From an uncultured bacterium (GTDB lineage Bacteria > SAR324 > NAC60-12), in NCBI GenBank assembly GCA_965662845.1, contig CBFIJD010000028.1, forward strand, positions 1-42,701: a stretch of DNA of 42,701 nt, written 5' to 3'. The notes under the pieces were generated by a model. The model saw nothing but the letters and a program-made list of their open reading frames with translations. It was not told the DNA's origin and did not search any database. Shown in pieces: positions 27,155 through 35,629 of this stretch (positions are counted from its first letter, which is position 1; the number at the start of each line of letters is the position of its first letter). Made by a program: the position numbers and the translations under genes.

Positions 27155-28042
27155 ATGAACACACCTGTCGCCAGCCCTTCCACCCGCGCGCTGGCCCGTG
27201 AACACAACATCGACCTCGCGTCGCTGAGTTCTCAGCTCGGACGACTAGAGATTTCAGCGAATGACGTCCGCCAAGCCGTAAAGGGAACCATGACCACCCA
27301 GACAATGAAGCCGACTGCGCCAGTGGACGAGAGCACGTGGTTCCGTGAAGGGGTGACGTCCACACCCGTTTCGCGCTTGAATAAAGCCGCAGCCAGCAAC
27401 CTCGTGCACGCCTCGCAGACCATCCCAACGGTGACCCACCACGACCGAGCGCCTTTGGAGGCATTAGAAGCCTTCCGCAAATCGCTGACAGCCGAGGCGG
27501 CCTCCAAAGGGATTAAGCTCACCACGCTCGCCTTCCATGTGAAAGCGCTCACGCGCACGCTGATGTTCTATCCCAAGTTCAACTGTAGTTTGTCCGCAGA
27601 TGGCGCCACACTTTTCCAGAAGCACTACTACGACGTTGCGATCGCCGTGGACACGCCAGAGGGTCTGATGGTGCCGGTCATTCGGGACACCAACCGCAAA
27701 GGCATCTTTCAAATCGCGAGGGAGATCAAAGACCTGTCATCACGAGCACAGCAACGCAAAGTCAAAGCAGAGGAAGTGGGCAAAGCCAGCATGACCATCT
27801 CTAACTTGGGCGCGCTGGGAGGCCGCGCGTTCTCTCCAATTGTGAATCCACCAGAAGTCGCGATCTTGGGCATCACTCGCAGTGAGCCCGTCCCATTCTG
27901 GGATGGCAGCGCGTTCCAGCCGCGTCTGATGGTTCCCTTGGATTTGAGCTACGACCACCGCGTGATCAATGGCGCCGACGCCGCGAAGTTTTTGACGACC
28001 TACTGCCAGCTACTGGCAGACCCCGTCAGCCTGATGATTTGA
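27155..28042 (+). CDS. 2-oxoacid dehydrogenase E2 acyltransferase catalytic domain without a lipoyl domain
   Basis: ASPS.R.LARE..IDL binding domain, AVDTPEGL.VPVI, TISNLG, PIVNPPEVAILG, LSYDHRVINGA. Confidence 0.92.
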   Translation: MNTPVASPSTRALAREHNIDLASLSSQLGRLEISANDVRQAVKGTMTTQTMKPTAPVDESTWFREGVTSTPVSRLNKAAASNLVHASQTIPTVTHHDRAPLEALEAFRKSLTAEAASKGIKLTTLAFHVKALTRTLMFYPKFNCSLSADGATLFQKHYYDVAIAVDTPEGLMVPVIRDTNRKGIFQIAREIKDLSSRAQQRKVKAEEVGKASMTISNLGALGGRAFSPIVNPPEVAILGITRSEPVPFWDGSAFQPRLMVPLDLSYDHRVINGADAAKFLTTYCQLLADPVSLMI

Positions 28043-28469
28043 GAGCAAAAACGCACAGCGGCTTGCGTCGTCTTCAGCGCAGGACGGGGCGAGTGCGCAG
28101 CGGAGCTCCGTTTGGAGAGTCAGGACAAGACGACGTCACAGCCACAGATGCACGAGCGACGCTTGGGAGGGGAGCCTCGCCGATACACGCCGAGGCACAG
28201 CTTTGGTAAGACGCGCGCAAGCTAGGGCCCTAGCGACAGGTCGTTCCGCGCAGCCTCGCCGTGTTCTCCGAGCGGCAAGTGACCAAAATCTCGCAAGCGG
28301 TAGAAAAACAGGTGGAAACAACCGACAAACTCCGTCGACCTGCTGTGCCACTGTTCACAGCTTTTGCGGCAGCACGGGCACTGCGGGGGCCTGGACAGAT
28401 CTTTGAAACAGCGGGAGAGGTTTGGGGCCTCCCTGCGTATCTCAATATTATCTCTCTTGAGAAAGCCCA

Positions 28470-29498
28470 ATGAGTATCACCCCTCGCAAATACAACCCTG
28501 TACGAATTCGTGATATTGCCGAGATGTTCGGCGTGAGCACCTCGACAGTCTCACGGGCGCTGAACCCCAAAACGGCCTCCCTGATTAGCGCAGAACTCGT
28601 CGCGCAAATTCGCGAAGCGGCAGAGCGGTTGGGATACGTAAGCGACGCTTATGCGAGTGGGCTGCGCACGGGACAAACCAACACCGTCGGGGTGATCATT
28701 CCCGACATTCTCAACCCGATTTTCCCACCGATTGTGAAGGGCATCCAAAGCCGCTTGTATGAAGCCGGCGTGGTGACCTTGATCGCTTACTCAGACAACC
28801 AAGTGGAGGTCGCCCAGCGCGAGATTGAGCGTATGCTCGCTCGGCGGGTCGAAGGGCTGATTTTAGCGTCAGCGTTTGTGGATGACCCATCGGTGTACTA
28901 CTGCCAAGAGCAAGGGGTGCCCCTTGTGCTGCTGAACCGCTCGGTGCGCTCCGCTTCGATGATGCACCAAGTCTTGAACGACGACGCCCTCGGCATCGAG
29001 CTGGCGGTGCAGCATTTGAAGTCTCTTGGGCACCAACGCCTTTGTCATTTTGCGGGGCCGCCCAACATTCTGCAGGGGGTCGAGCGGCTCGATGCTTTTT
29101 TGCGCTGTTGCGCGCGGATGGGGATGATTGCTTCCTATCTGGAATGTGAACAATTCACCTTAGAGAGCGGAGCGAAAGCAGCGCTTCAGTTTTTGGAGGG
29201 CGAACACGATTCCACCGGAATCATCGCGGGCAATGACCTCATCGCCGTGGGGGCGACGCAAACGTTCAAACAGCACGGCAAGCGGGTTCCAGAAGACTAT
29301 TCCATGGTTGGCTTCAACGGGATGCCGTTCTCAGACCTGTTTGATCCTCCCTTGACAACGGTCGCGATCCCTCACGGGGAGATGGGAGGCAGAGCTGCGG
29401 ACATCATTCTGCAAGAAATTGAAACTACGGCACAGGCGCGGCAGCACGTCAAACTCCAGCCGGAGTTGATGGTGCGTGCGAGCACTCGTGCATTGTAA
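28470..29498 (+). CDS. LacI-family transcriptional regulator
   Basis: IRDIA..FGVSTSTVSRALN helix-turn-helix, LGY....A.GLRTG.T..VGVIIPDI.NP.F, ND..A.G, VPED.S.VGF, PPLTTV. Confidence 0.96.
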   Translation: MSITPRKYNPVRIRDIAEMFGVSTSTVSRALNPKTASLISAELVAQIREAAERLGYVSDAYASGLRTGQTNTVGVIIPDILNPIFPPIVKGIQSRLYEAGVVTLIAYSDNQVEVAQREIERMLARRVEGLILASAFVDDPSVYYCQEQGVPLVLLNRSVRSASMMHQVLNDDALGIELAVQHLKSLGHQRLCHFAGPPNILQGVERLDAFLRCCARMGMIASYLECEQFTLESGAKAALQFLEGEHDSTGIIAGNDLIAVGATQTFKQHGKRVPEDYSMVGFNGMPFSDLFDPPLTTVAIPHGEMGGRAADIILQEIETTAQARQHVKLQPELMVRASTRAL

Positions 29499-29517
29499 CC
29501 TACGTTGAGGAGACCGT

Positions 29518-30384
29518 ATGAAAATCGGCTTGATCGGATTGGGGACTATGGGCGCGGGCATGGCAGAAAATCTCCACAAAGCAGGGTTAGACCTGAGAGT
29601 CTGCAACCGCTCTGAGTCGAAGTTGGCTCCTTTCGCAGAGAAAGGCGTCCCCACGACAACCCATCCGCGCGACCTCGCCGATTGTGACGTCGTGCTGACG
29701 ATGCTCGCTGATGACGCCGCGCTCAAAGCGGTCTTGTTCGACAGCGGCCTGATGCAAGCGCTGTCTGTCAACGCCATTCACTGCTCCTGCTCCACCATCA
29801 GCCTGAGCTTTGCCAAGAAGCTCAAAGCCGCGCACGAGGCGCACGGCTCTACGCTGTTGTGCAGCCCCGTCAGCGGGCGTGGGGACTTGGCGCGAGCAGG
29901 CAGCCTCTTCTTGATTGTCGCTGGGAACGCGGAAGCGACCCAGAGCTGCGCTCCCTTGTTTGAGGCGATGGGGCAGCGCACCTACCACTTCGGGGAAGAT
30001 CCACTCAAAGCAGTGGTTGTGAAGTTGGCCATCAACCAGATGATCGCTTCTTCTTTGGTGGTCATGGCAGAGTCCATCTCCATCGTGGAGCAGCACGGCA
30101 TCTCCAGCGAAGCCTTTGTGGACTTCTTTGCCAACGCGCTCTTCGCTGCACCGGTTTTCAAAGCCTATGGCCCCTTAATCGCGAAGCGCGCATACCAGCC
30201 CGCCAATTTTCCCGTGAACTTGGGATTGAAAGACCTCCGCCTTGCGCAAGAAGCGGCTTCTGCTGTGGGGGAACAGCCCGTCGTCGCGCAGGCCGTTCGT
30301 GAGCTGATGGAGTCCGCGCTTCAGGCTGGCCTGACCAGCTCCGACTGGGCTGCCGTCGCAGAGATGTGTCGCCCGCAGCCGTGA
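29518..30384 (+). CDS. NAD(P)-dependent beta-hydroxyacid dehydrogenase (3-hydroxyisobutyrate / tartronate semialdehyde reductase family)
   Basis: MKIGLIGLGTMG.GMA.NL, STIS, PVSG, KL..N, L.LKD..LA. Confidence 0.9.
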   Translation: MKIGLIGLGTMGAGMAENLHKAGLDLRVCNRSESKLAPFAEKGVPTTTHPRDLADCDVVLTMLADDAALKAVLFDSGLMQALSVNAIHCSCSTISLSFAKKLKAAHEAHGSTLLCSPVSGRGDLARAGSLFLIVAGNAEATQSCAPLFEAMGQRTYHFGEDPLKAVVVKLAINQMIASSLVVMAESISIVEQHGISSEAFVDFFANALFAAPVFKAYGPLIAKRAYQPANFPVNLGLKDLRLAQEAASAVGEQPVVAQAVRELMESALQAGLTSSDWAAVAEMCRPQP

Positions 30385-30406
30385 GGTCGCGCGCCGTGCG
30401 GCTCCA

Positions 30407-30475
30407 GCCGCTTAGCACTCCCCACGCGCGCTATGTTCAGACATGACGGCGCGCACCTCCCTCTTCGGGTGTCTT
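30407..30475 (+). repeat. Right copy of the 69-bp direct repeat
   Basis: GCCGCTTAGCACTCCCCACGCGCGCTATGTTCAGACATGACGGCGCGCACCTCCCTCTTCGGGTGTCTT matches 14063-14131 with 6 mismatches. Confidence 0.92.
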
Positions 30476-30647
30476 CCAGCCCACTTGCCGGCGCGTGCGA
30501 GTCAACGTCACAATCAACTTCTCAATCGCGCCGGTTCCCGATACAACCTCCCACGTCTCCGAAGCCCAACCGAGGCGGACGCTGCTGCAGCTGTCGCCAG
30601 CTCAGGTCGCCTTCGCTCTCTCGCTCACTCGTTTTCGGCAGAACCCT

Positions 30648-31526
30648 GTGAACTCAACGCTGCGCCGCTGCGCCTTCCTCACCCTACACGACCCGACAGG
30701 GTACGAAATTGACGATCACCTCGCCATCGAACCCCTCCGCGCCTTGGGCTGGGAGGTCGCGACGATCCCTTGGAATCAGCCTGAGGTCGACTGGGCGCAG
30801 TTCGAGGTCGTGGTGATTCGCTCGCCGTGGGATTACCAACATCACGTGGACGAATTTCTGCGGAGGCTGGCACACATTGCTTCTGTCACGCGCCTCGAAA
30901 ATCCTTTGGAGTTGGTGCGCTGGAACCTCGACAAGCGCTATCTACAAGAGCTGGCGCACCGCGGAGTGCCGACCGTCCCCACAGTGTGGCGAGATCGCTT
31001 AGTCGCAGGCGAGCTGGAGAGGGTGTGGCGAGCGGTCAACGCGGAGGAAATCGTCGTGAAGCCTGTGGTAGGAGCGGGCGCGACGGGCGCATTTCGTCTC
31101 GCCAAGAGCACTTGGCGCGAGCGCGCCTCCGAGGTGGAACGCTACTACGCGCAGCGCGGCTTGCTGGCGCAGCCCTTCTTGCGACACATCCCGACAGAGG
31201 GAGAGCTGTCGTTGTTTTACTTCAACGGCGAGCTGAGCCACGCCATTCGTAAAGTCCCGCAGGCAGGAGACTTTCGCGTGCAAGAAGAGCATGGTGGAGA
31301 GTTGACCCCAATCGAGGCGTCCCCCGAGCTGCTCACTGCGGGGAACCGCGTGCTGCAAGCCTTGGAAGAAGCGCCGCTTTACGCACGGGTGGACGTCGTC
31401 CGCGCCAACCACGGGAACGATTTTTGGCTCATCGAACTCGAAGTCATCGAACCGGCGCTCTACTTGCGCTTGGCAGAGTCTGCGCCACAGAGCTTTGCGA
31501 GGGCCTTCGTGAAGCGGCTGGGTTGA
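30648..31526 (+). CDS. ATP-grasp enzyme (RimK / glutathione-synthetase-like)
   Basis: VIRSPWDY, RWN.DKRYL.EL...GVP.VPT, VVKP.VG, GELSL.YF.G..SHA.RK, DFRVQEE.GG, YARVD, IELE.IEP.LY. Start uncertain. Confidence 0.85.
   Translation: MNSTLRRCAFLTLHDPTGYEIDDHLAIEPLRALGWEVATIPWNQPEVDWAQFEVVVIRSPWDYQHHVDEFLRRLAHIASVTRLENPLELVRWNLDKRYLQELAHRGVPTVPTVWRDRLVAGELERVWRAVNAEEIVVKPVVGAGATGAFRLAKSTWRERASEVERYYAQRGLLAQPFLRHIPTEGELSLFYFNGELSHAIRKVPQAGDFRVQEEHGGELTPIEASPELLTAGNRVLQALEEAPLYARVDVVRANHGNDFWLIELEVIEPALYLRLAESAPQSFARAFVKRLG
31497..31526 (+). repeat. Left copy of a 30-bp direct repeat (last 10 codons of the ATP-grasp gene)
   Basis: GCGAGGGCCTTCGTGAAGCGGCTGGGTTGA versus 32833-32862, 25/30 identical. 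Confidence 0.75.
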
Positions 31527-31634
31527 CGGGGAGGCGGTGGTTTGTGACCCGGCGTGGAGCCGCTGTGAAGGAGCGACCGCAGAAGCCTCCGAGCGGCAGC
31601 TTGCGATCTGACCCAACCTTCCGCGGAGCGACCT

Positions 31635-32816
31635 ATGGCGAAGACACCCACACCTGACCCGACGATACGGCCGGTGTCGGGGCCGGTGACAAGGGCGGAG
31701 CGGATCACGTCGCTCGACACGATCCGAGGTGTAGCGGTCTTAGGGATCCTGCCCATGAACGCGCTGGTGTTTGGCCTCGACCGCGCGGCGTACTTCAACG
31801 TGTCCGCCGACGGGATCGGGCAGCCGCTCGACTGGGTGGTCGGGTTGCTGACGATGATCTTCATCGATCAGAAGATGATGGCGCTGTTCTCGCTGCTGTT
31901 TGGTGTCGGCGTCGTCATCTTCGCTGACCGGGCTGCGGCTAAAGGGCGCTGGGTCGTGTGGCTCAGTCTGTGGCGCTTTGCGTTGCTGTTCGCCGTCGGT
32001 CTGGCCCACGCGGTCGTGTGGTTCGGTGACGTCTTGGCGCTCTACGCGATGTGCGCTCCGTTGGTGCTGCTGACTCGGCGGCTGCCGGTCCCGTTGCTCG
32101 TCATCGCCGGCGTGGGGTTCGCCATGCTCGGGACCGCGTCCGCTCCGTTCTTCCAGGCTGCGGTCGGTGATTCTCCCGACGAGCTTGGCTCCCTCTGGTT
32201 CGCTGGGGCTGACGCCATCGGTTCTCTGGCCAAGAGCTGGTTCTTCCTCGACGTTGCAGGTCGGGCGTTGGGCCTGATGCTCATCGGGGTTGCGCTCCAT
32301 CGCCTCGGGGTCGTCCAAGGCTCGCGCGACGGGGCGTATTACCGGCGCATTGCGCAGTGGGGCCTCGGGTTTGGCGTCTTTGTCACTGCGGTTGGTGCCG
32401 TCTGGCGGATTGCCACTGGCTGGTCGGCTGAGTCTGCCATCACCGGCCACATCCCGACTGGGCTCGGCACCATCGCGATGGCGCTGGGCTACATGGCTGC
32501 CGTCATCTTGTGGAACCGGAGCGGCAGCCGCCAGCTCGAACGCTTCCGCAACGCCGGCCGCATGGCGCTCACGAACTACCTCACCCAGACCGTCATCGGG
32601 TTGACCACGCTCGGTTGGCTCCTCGACGATGTTGGCCTGACCCGCACTTTGATCTTCGTCTGGACTCTCGGCGTCTGGGCCCTTCAGTTGTGGTGGTCGA
32701 CCTGGTGGCTCGAGCGCTTTCGTCATGGGCCTTTTGAGTGGGCTTGGCGCTGCGCCACCTACCGATCTTGGCAGCCGCTGCGTCGGCCACGCGCGACGGC
32801 TGACACGCTGGCATGA
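31635..32816 (+). CDS. DUF418 (YeiB-like) multi-pass membrane protein
   Basis: RI.SLD.IRG.AVLGIL.MN, K...LFSLLFG.G, GDVL..YA, GRMALTNYL.QT, WL.RF..GP.EW.WR. Confidence 0.92.
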   Translation: MAKTPTPDPTIRPVSGPVTRAERITSLDTIRGVAVLGILPMNALVFGLDRAAYFNVSADGIGQPLDWVVGLLTMIFIDQKMMALFSLLFGVGVVIFADRAAAKGRWVVWLSLWRFALLFAVGLAHAVVWFGDVLALYAMCAPLVLLTRRLPVPLLVIAGVGFAMLGTASAPFFQAAVGDSPDELGSLWFAGADAIGSLAKSWFFLDVAGRALGLMLIGVALHRLGVVQGSRDGAYYRRIAQWGLGFGVFVTAVGAVWRIATGWSAESAITGHIPTGLGTIAMALGYMAAVILWNRSGSRQLERFRNAGRMALTNYLTQTVIGLTTLGWLLDDVGLTRTLIFVWTLGVWALQLWWSTWWLERFRHGPFEWAWRCATYRSWQPLRRPRATADTLA

Positions 32817-32832
32817 TCCAGGCTCCGCAGCG

Positions 32833-32862
32833 GCGAGGGCCTTTGTGCAGCGGATGAGTTCA
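32833..32862 (+). repeat. Right, degenerate copy of the ATP-grasp gene 3' end
   Basis: GCGAGGGCCTTTGTGCAGCGGATGAGTTCA, starting 16 nt after the DUF418 stop. Confidence 0.75.
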
Positions 32863-32929
32863 GCTTGCCACAAATTCGTCACAGTGCTACTCAGGGTTTT
32901 TTCACCCCCATTTTCCAAGCAACGGAACA

Positions 32930-33340
32930 ATGAAAACCTTTGGACTCCTCGTCTGGGCTCTTTTGTTAGGGCTGCTCTCTGCGTGTAGCGGAGACACCGT
33001 TCAGCCTGAGCCTCCCTCGCCTCTCCCGGCTCCGCCGCAGTCTCCTCCGAGGGTCTCGCCTCTCCCAGCTCCGCCGCAGTCTCCTCCGAGGGTCTCGCCT
33101 CCTCCTCGCCCGGCCAAAGTTTTGATCCCAGAGCAACGGCACTCGCAGCGCACGGAGCGCTCCAGCCGGTTTCGCCTGCGCACGGTCTCTGCACAAATTG
33201 GCACTCGTGGGTTGGTCGCAAGCGACGCGCTCGAACGCGGTCAACTGGGGATCAACTACGCAGACCTAGAGTGGCTGGAGCAGCGTCCCTATGCTGACGC
33301 CGAAGCAGTCGCGTTTCTGCAAGGAGATCGTCCCCAATGA
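32930..33340 (+). CDS. Proline-rich lipoprotein
   Basis: MK, hydrophobic stretch, then lipobox LSAC; its stop overlaps the M48 start (ATGA). Confidence 0.75.
   Translation: MKTFGLLVWALLLGLLSACSGDTVQPEPPSPLPAPPQSPPRVSPLPAPPQSPPRVSPPPRPAKVLIPEQRHSQRTERSSRFRLRTVSAQIGTRGLVASDALERGQLGINYADLEWLEQRPYADAEAVAFLQGDRPQ
33017..33101 (+). repeat. In-frame 39-bp tandem repeat (2.2 copies) encoding SPLPAPPQSPPRV
   Basis: Units start at 33017, 33056 and 33095; one mismatch between the full units. Confidence 0.93.
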
Positions 33341-34203
33341 AAATTTTCTGGTCCTGCGTCACGCTCGTGCTGACGTTCAGTGGTGCCTACGCTCACGACG
33401 TTCCCCGCGAGCATCCTCAAGCCTTTCGACTGCGTCCTAGCCATGCGCTGGCCGAGGATAAACAGCGCGTGCTCAAAGGCGAGATCGCGTTTGGACGCGG
33501 CATCGCCGCCAAGCTGCTGGGCAAATATGAGCTCGTGCGCGACGAGGCGCTGAATGAGTATGTCAGCAAACTCGGAGCGGCCATCGCGGCGAACGTCGGG
33601 CGAGGCGCTGTACAGTACTATTTTGGCGTGGTGCGCACCGAGGATGTGAACGCTTATGCCACCAGCGGAGGCTACATCTTTGTGACGCTCGGCGCGCTGC
33701 GTCTGATGGAAGATGAAGCGCAGCTGGTCGGGGTTTTGGCCCATGAGATCAGCCACGACACGCGCCGGCATATCGTCCGCAAGCTCGACCTGCAACAGAC
33801 CAGCGAGGAGCAGAGCCTGTTATCGTCGCTGAACGTCGTCAGCCTCACGCTCCGCACCGCGCTAGAGCGGCTCAACGACCTCGCGTATCAGCTGCTAACC
33901 GAGCAGGGACTTCCCCAAAACGATGAGTTTGAGGCCGACGCCGACGCGGTCACCACGCTCAGCGCCTTAGGCTACCAACCGCAACGCTACCTGGCGTATC
34001 TGAAGAAGGCTGCCGAGCACGCGGAGACACACGCTGCCGATTCCTTCTCTCAAACGCACCCTTCCACCCCTCTACGCCTCGCCCAGCTGAGAGCCCTCCT
34101 GGCGCAAAAGGACATCTCTCCGCATACAGGCATCACGAATCAAGCAAGGTTTGAAGAATATGTCCAACTGGCTACGCTCTCTGCTCGGGACACTGCTCGT
34201 TAG
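33337..34203 (+). CDS. M48-family zinc metalloprotease, exported
   Basis: EI.FGR, YV..LG, VNAYA..GG.IFVT.G, DEAQL.GVLAHEISH, E.EAD, THP....RL. Confidence 0.92.
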   Translation: MKIFWSCVTLVLTFSGAYAHDVPREHPQAFRLRPSHALAEDKQRVLKGEIAFGRGIAAKLLGKYELVRDEALNEYVSKLGAAIAANVGRGAVQYYFGVVRTEDVNAYATSGGYIFVTLGALRLMEDEAQLVGVLAHEISHDTRRHIVRKLDLQQTSEEQSLLSSLNVVSLTLRTALERLNDLAYQLLTEQGLPQNDEFEADADAVTTLSALGYQPQRYLAYLKKAAEHAETHAADSFSQTHPSTPLRLAQLRALLAQKDISPHTGITNQARFEEYVQLATLSARDTAR

Positions 34204-35527
34204 CGCTCCACTCGTCGCTGGGGCCGATGAGACACGTTACAAAGATATGCTCGTTGGAGGTCGAGCGGCGGGCATGGGCGGCACCTACATCGCAGTCTCC
34301 GATGACACCTCCGGCTGTTACTACAACCCGGCAGGGACTGTGTACGCTTATGCAGAGAACATCTCTGCGGCAGGCAACGCGGTGTATCTGCAGAGCAACA
34401 CGATCCGGGGCGTGCAGGAAGACAGCACACGAACGGAGGGCAGCTATGAGCGGGAAGGGCAGTCGTTCCTCGCGAACTTCATCGGCGTGCTGCGAAAGAC
34501 GCGCGGGCTCACCTACTGCTTCTCTTACGCTGCGCCAGAGTCCAACAGCGAGCATCAGTTTGATCGCTGGAAACATCAGGCTTCCACCTATGAGTTGGAT
34601 TGGAACCTAGAAGACCGGACATCTCACTTTGGGCCGAGCATCGCGGGCTCACTCTCCCGCCGCGTCTCGTGGGGAGCGTCGGTACATTTTCACTTGCGCA
34701 GTGGCCGCACGAACGTCACCGAACGTCTCGACATCGACTATGATCTGGACGGCAGCGCCAACATCTTCTCCAGCCGCTTTTTCCGCAGTGAGATGGAAGA
34801 GAGCGGCTTGCGCTACCAAGTAGGACTGCAATGGAATCCGGTCGAGGAGCTGGTGGTGGGGGCCGTCATCGATCAGTTGCGCGTGTACAACGCCCGCACC
34901 AAGTTCGTTCGCTCCATCACGCTGTTTGATGTGAACTTTCCAGAGGCTCTCAACGGCGGTGGGTCGGTGATGCTTGAAGACACAAGCCTCCGCGAGACGC
35001 CCGTCCATGTGGGCGTGGGGGTGGCGTATTACCGCTCCGCTGCAGAGCTCTACGCGCTGGATGTGGACTACTACTCTGCGACAGGCACCAACATCCCCTT
35101 CGCGTATCCCCGCACCATTGAGGACGGTCTCTATCCGTTCATCGACGACGGAGGCCCCACGCCCGACGAAATCGACGCGGTGATCGCAGCGCAATATCCA
35201 GACCGGTTCGCGTTGCAACCCGTGATCAACCTCTCGCTAGGCGCAGAGTTCTATCTGAACGCCGCAAGCTCCTTGACGATCGGTGCGTTTACCGACAGGA
35301 CCAGCGCTCCCAAGGCGGGCGCAAGCCGCGTGTTCCAGTATGAGCACGTCGATCTGTATGGCTTCAGCAGCGCGTATTCCTCGCACACGCCCAACGCGAC
35401 GTTCACCATTGGCTTTTCGGTAAGCACCGGAGAAGGCAAGCTCATCATCAATCAACTCGCCCCACGCGAAGTGGACACCTATCCCCTCAAACGCAACGCT
35501 TGGTCGCTGTTCTTGGCCGTAAACTGA
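34160..35527 (+). CDS. Outer-membrane beta-barrel protein, FadL/OmpP1-like
   Basis: Signal peptide followed by G.RAAGMGG...A..DD.S..YYNPAG hatch motif and alternating beta strands. Confidence 0.8.
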   Translation: MSNWLRSLLGTLLVSAPLVAGADETRYKDMLVGGRAAGMGGTYIAVSDDTSGCYYNPAGTVYAYAENISAAGNAVYLQSNTIRGVQEDSTRTEGSYEREGQSFLANFIGVLRKTRGLTYCFSYAAPESNSEHQFDRWKHQASTYELDWNLEDRTSHFGPSIAGSLSRRVSWGASVHFHLRSGRTNVTERLDIDYDLDGSANIFSSRFFRSEMEESGLRYQVGLQWNPVEELVVGAVIDQLRVYNARTKFVRSITLFDVNFPEALNGGGSVMLEDTSLRETPVHVGVGVAYYRSAAELYALDVDYYSATGTNIPFAYPRTIEDGLYPFIDDGGPTPDEIDAVIAAQYPDRFALQPVINLSLGAEFYLNAASSLTIGAFTDRTSAPKAGASRVFQYEHVDLYGFSSAYSSHTPNATFTIGFSVSTGEGKLIINQLAPREVDTYPLKRNAWSLFLAVN

Positions 35528-35629
35528 GGTGGCTGCCCATGGGAACCCTGCAATCCCATGCGGGAGCGCGGCTCCAGCGCCCAGAAGCGGCTGGGGCTCC
35601 GCAACATCTCAGAAAATGGGAGCGCTTGC

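Larger units (their letters stand above)
14063..30475. mobile_element. Direct-repeat-bounded catabolic island (16.3 kb); no mobility gene inside
   Basis: A self-contained operon with its regulator and operators lies exactly between the two 69-bp repeats. Confidence 0.6.

Noticed and set aside
28043..28469. Short ORFs between the E2 gene and lacI
   Set aside because: Several overlapping 67-82 aa frames, none with a motif or RBS support; treated as intergenic.
33017..33101. Possible CRISPR array
   Set aside because: The repeats are directly adjacent with no spacers, are in-frame in a coding sequence, and no cas genes are present.
31740..33221. 493-aa ORF on the minus strand
   Set aside because: Antisense shadow of the GC-rich DUF418 and lipoprotein genes, which carry clear family motifs on the plus strand.
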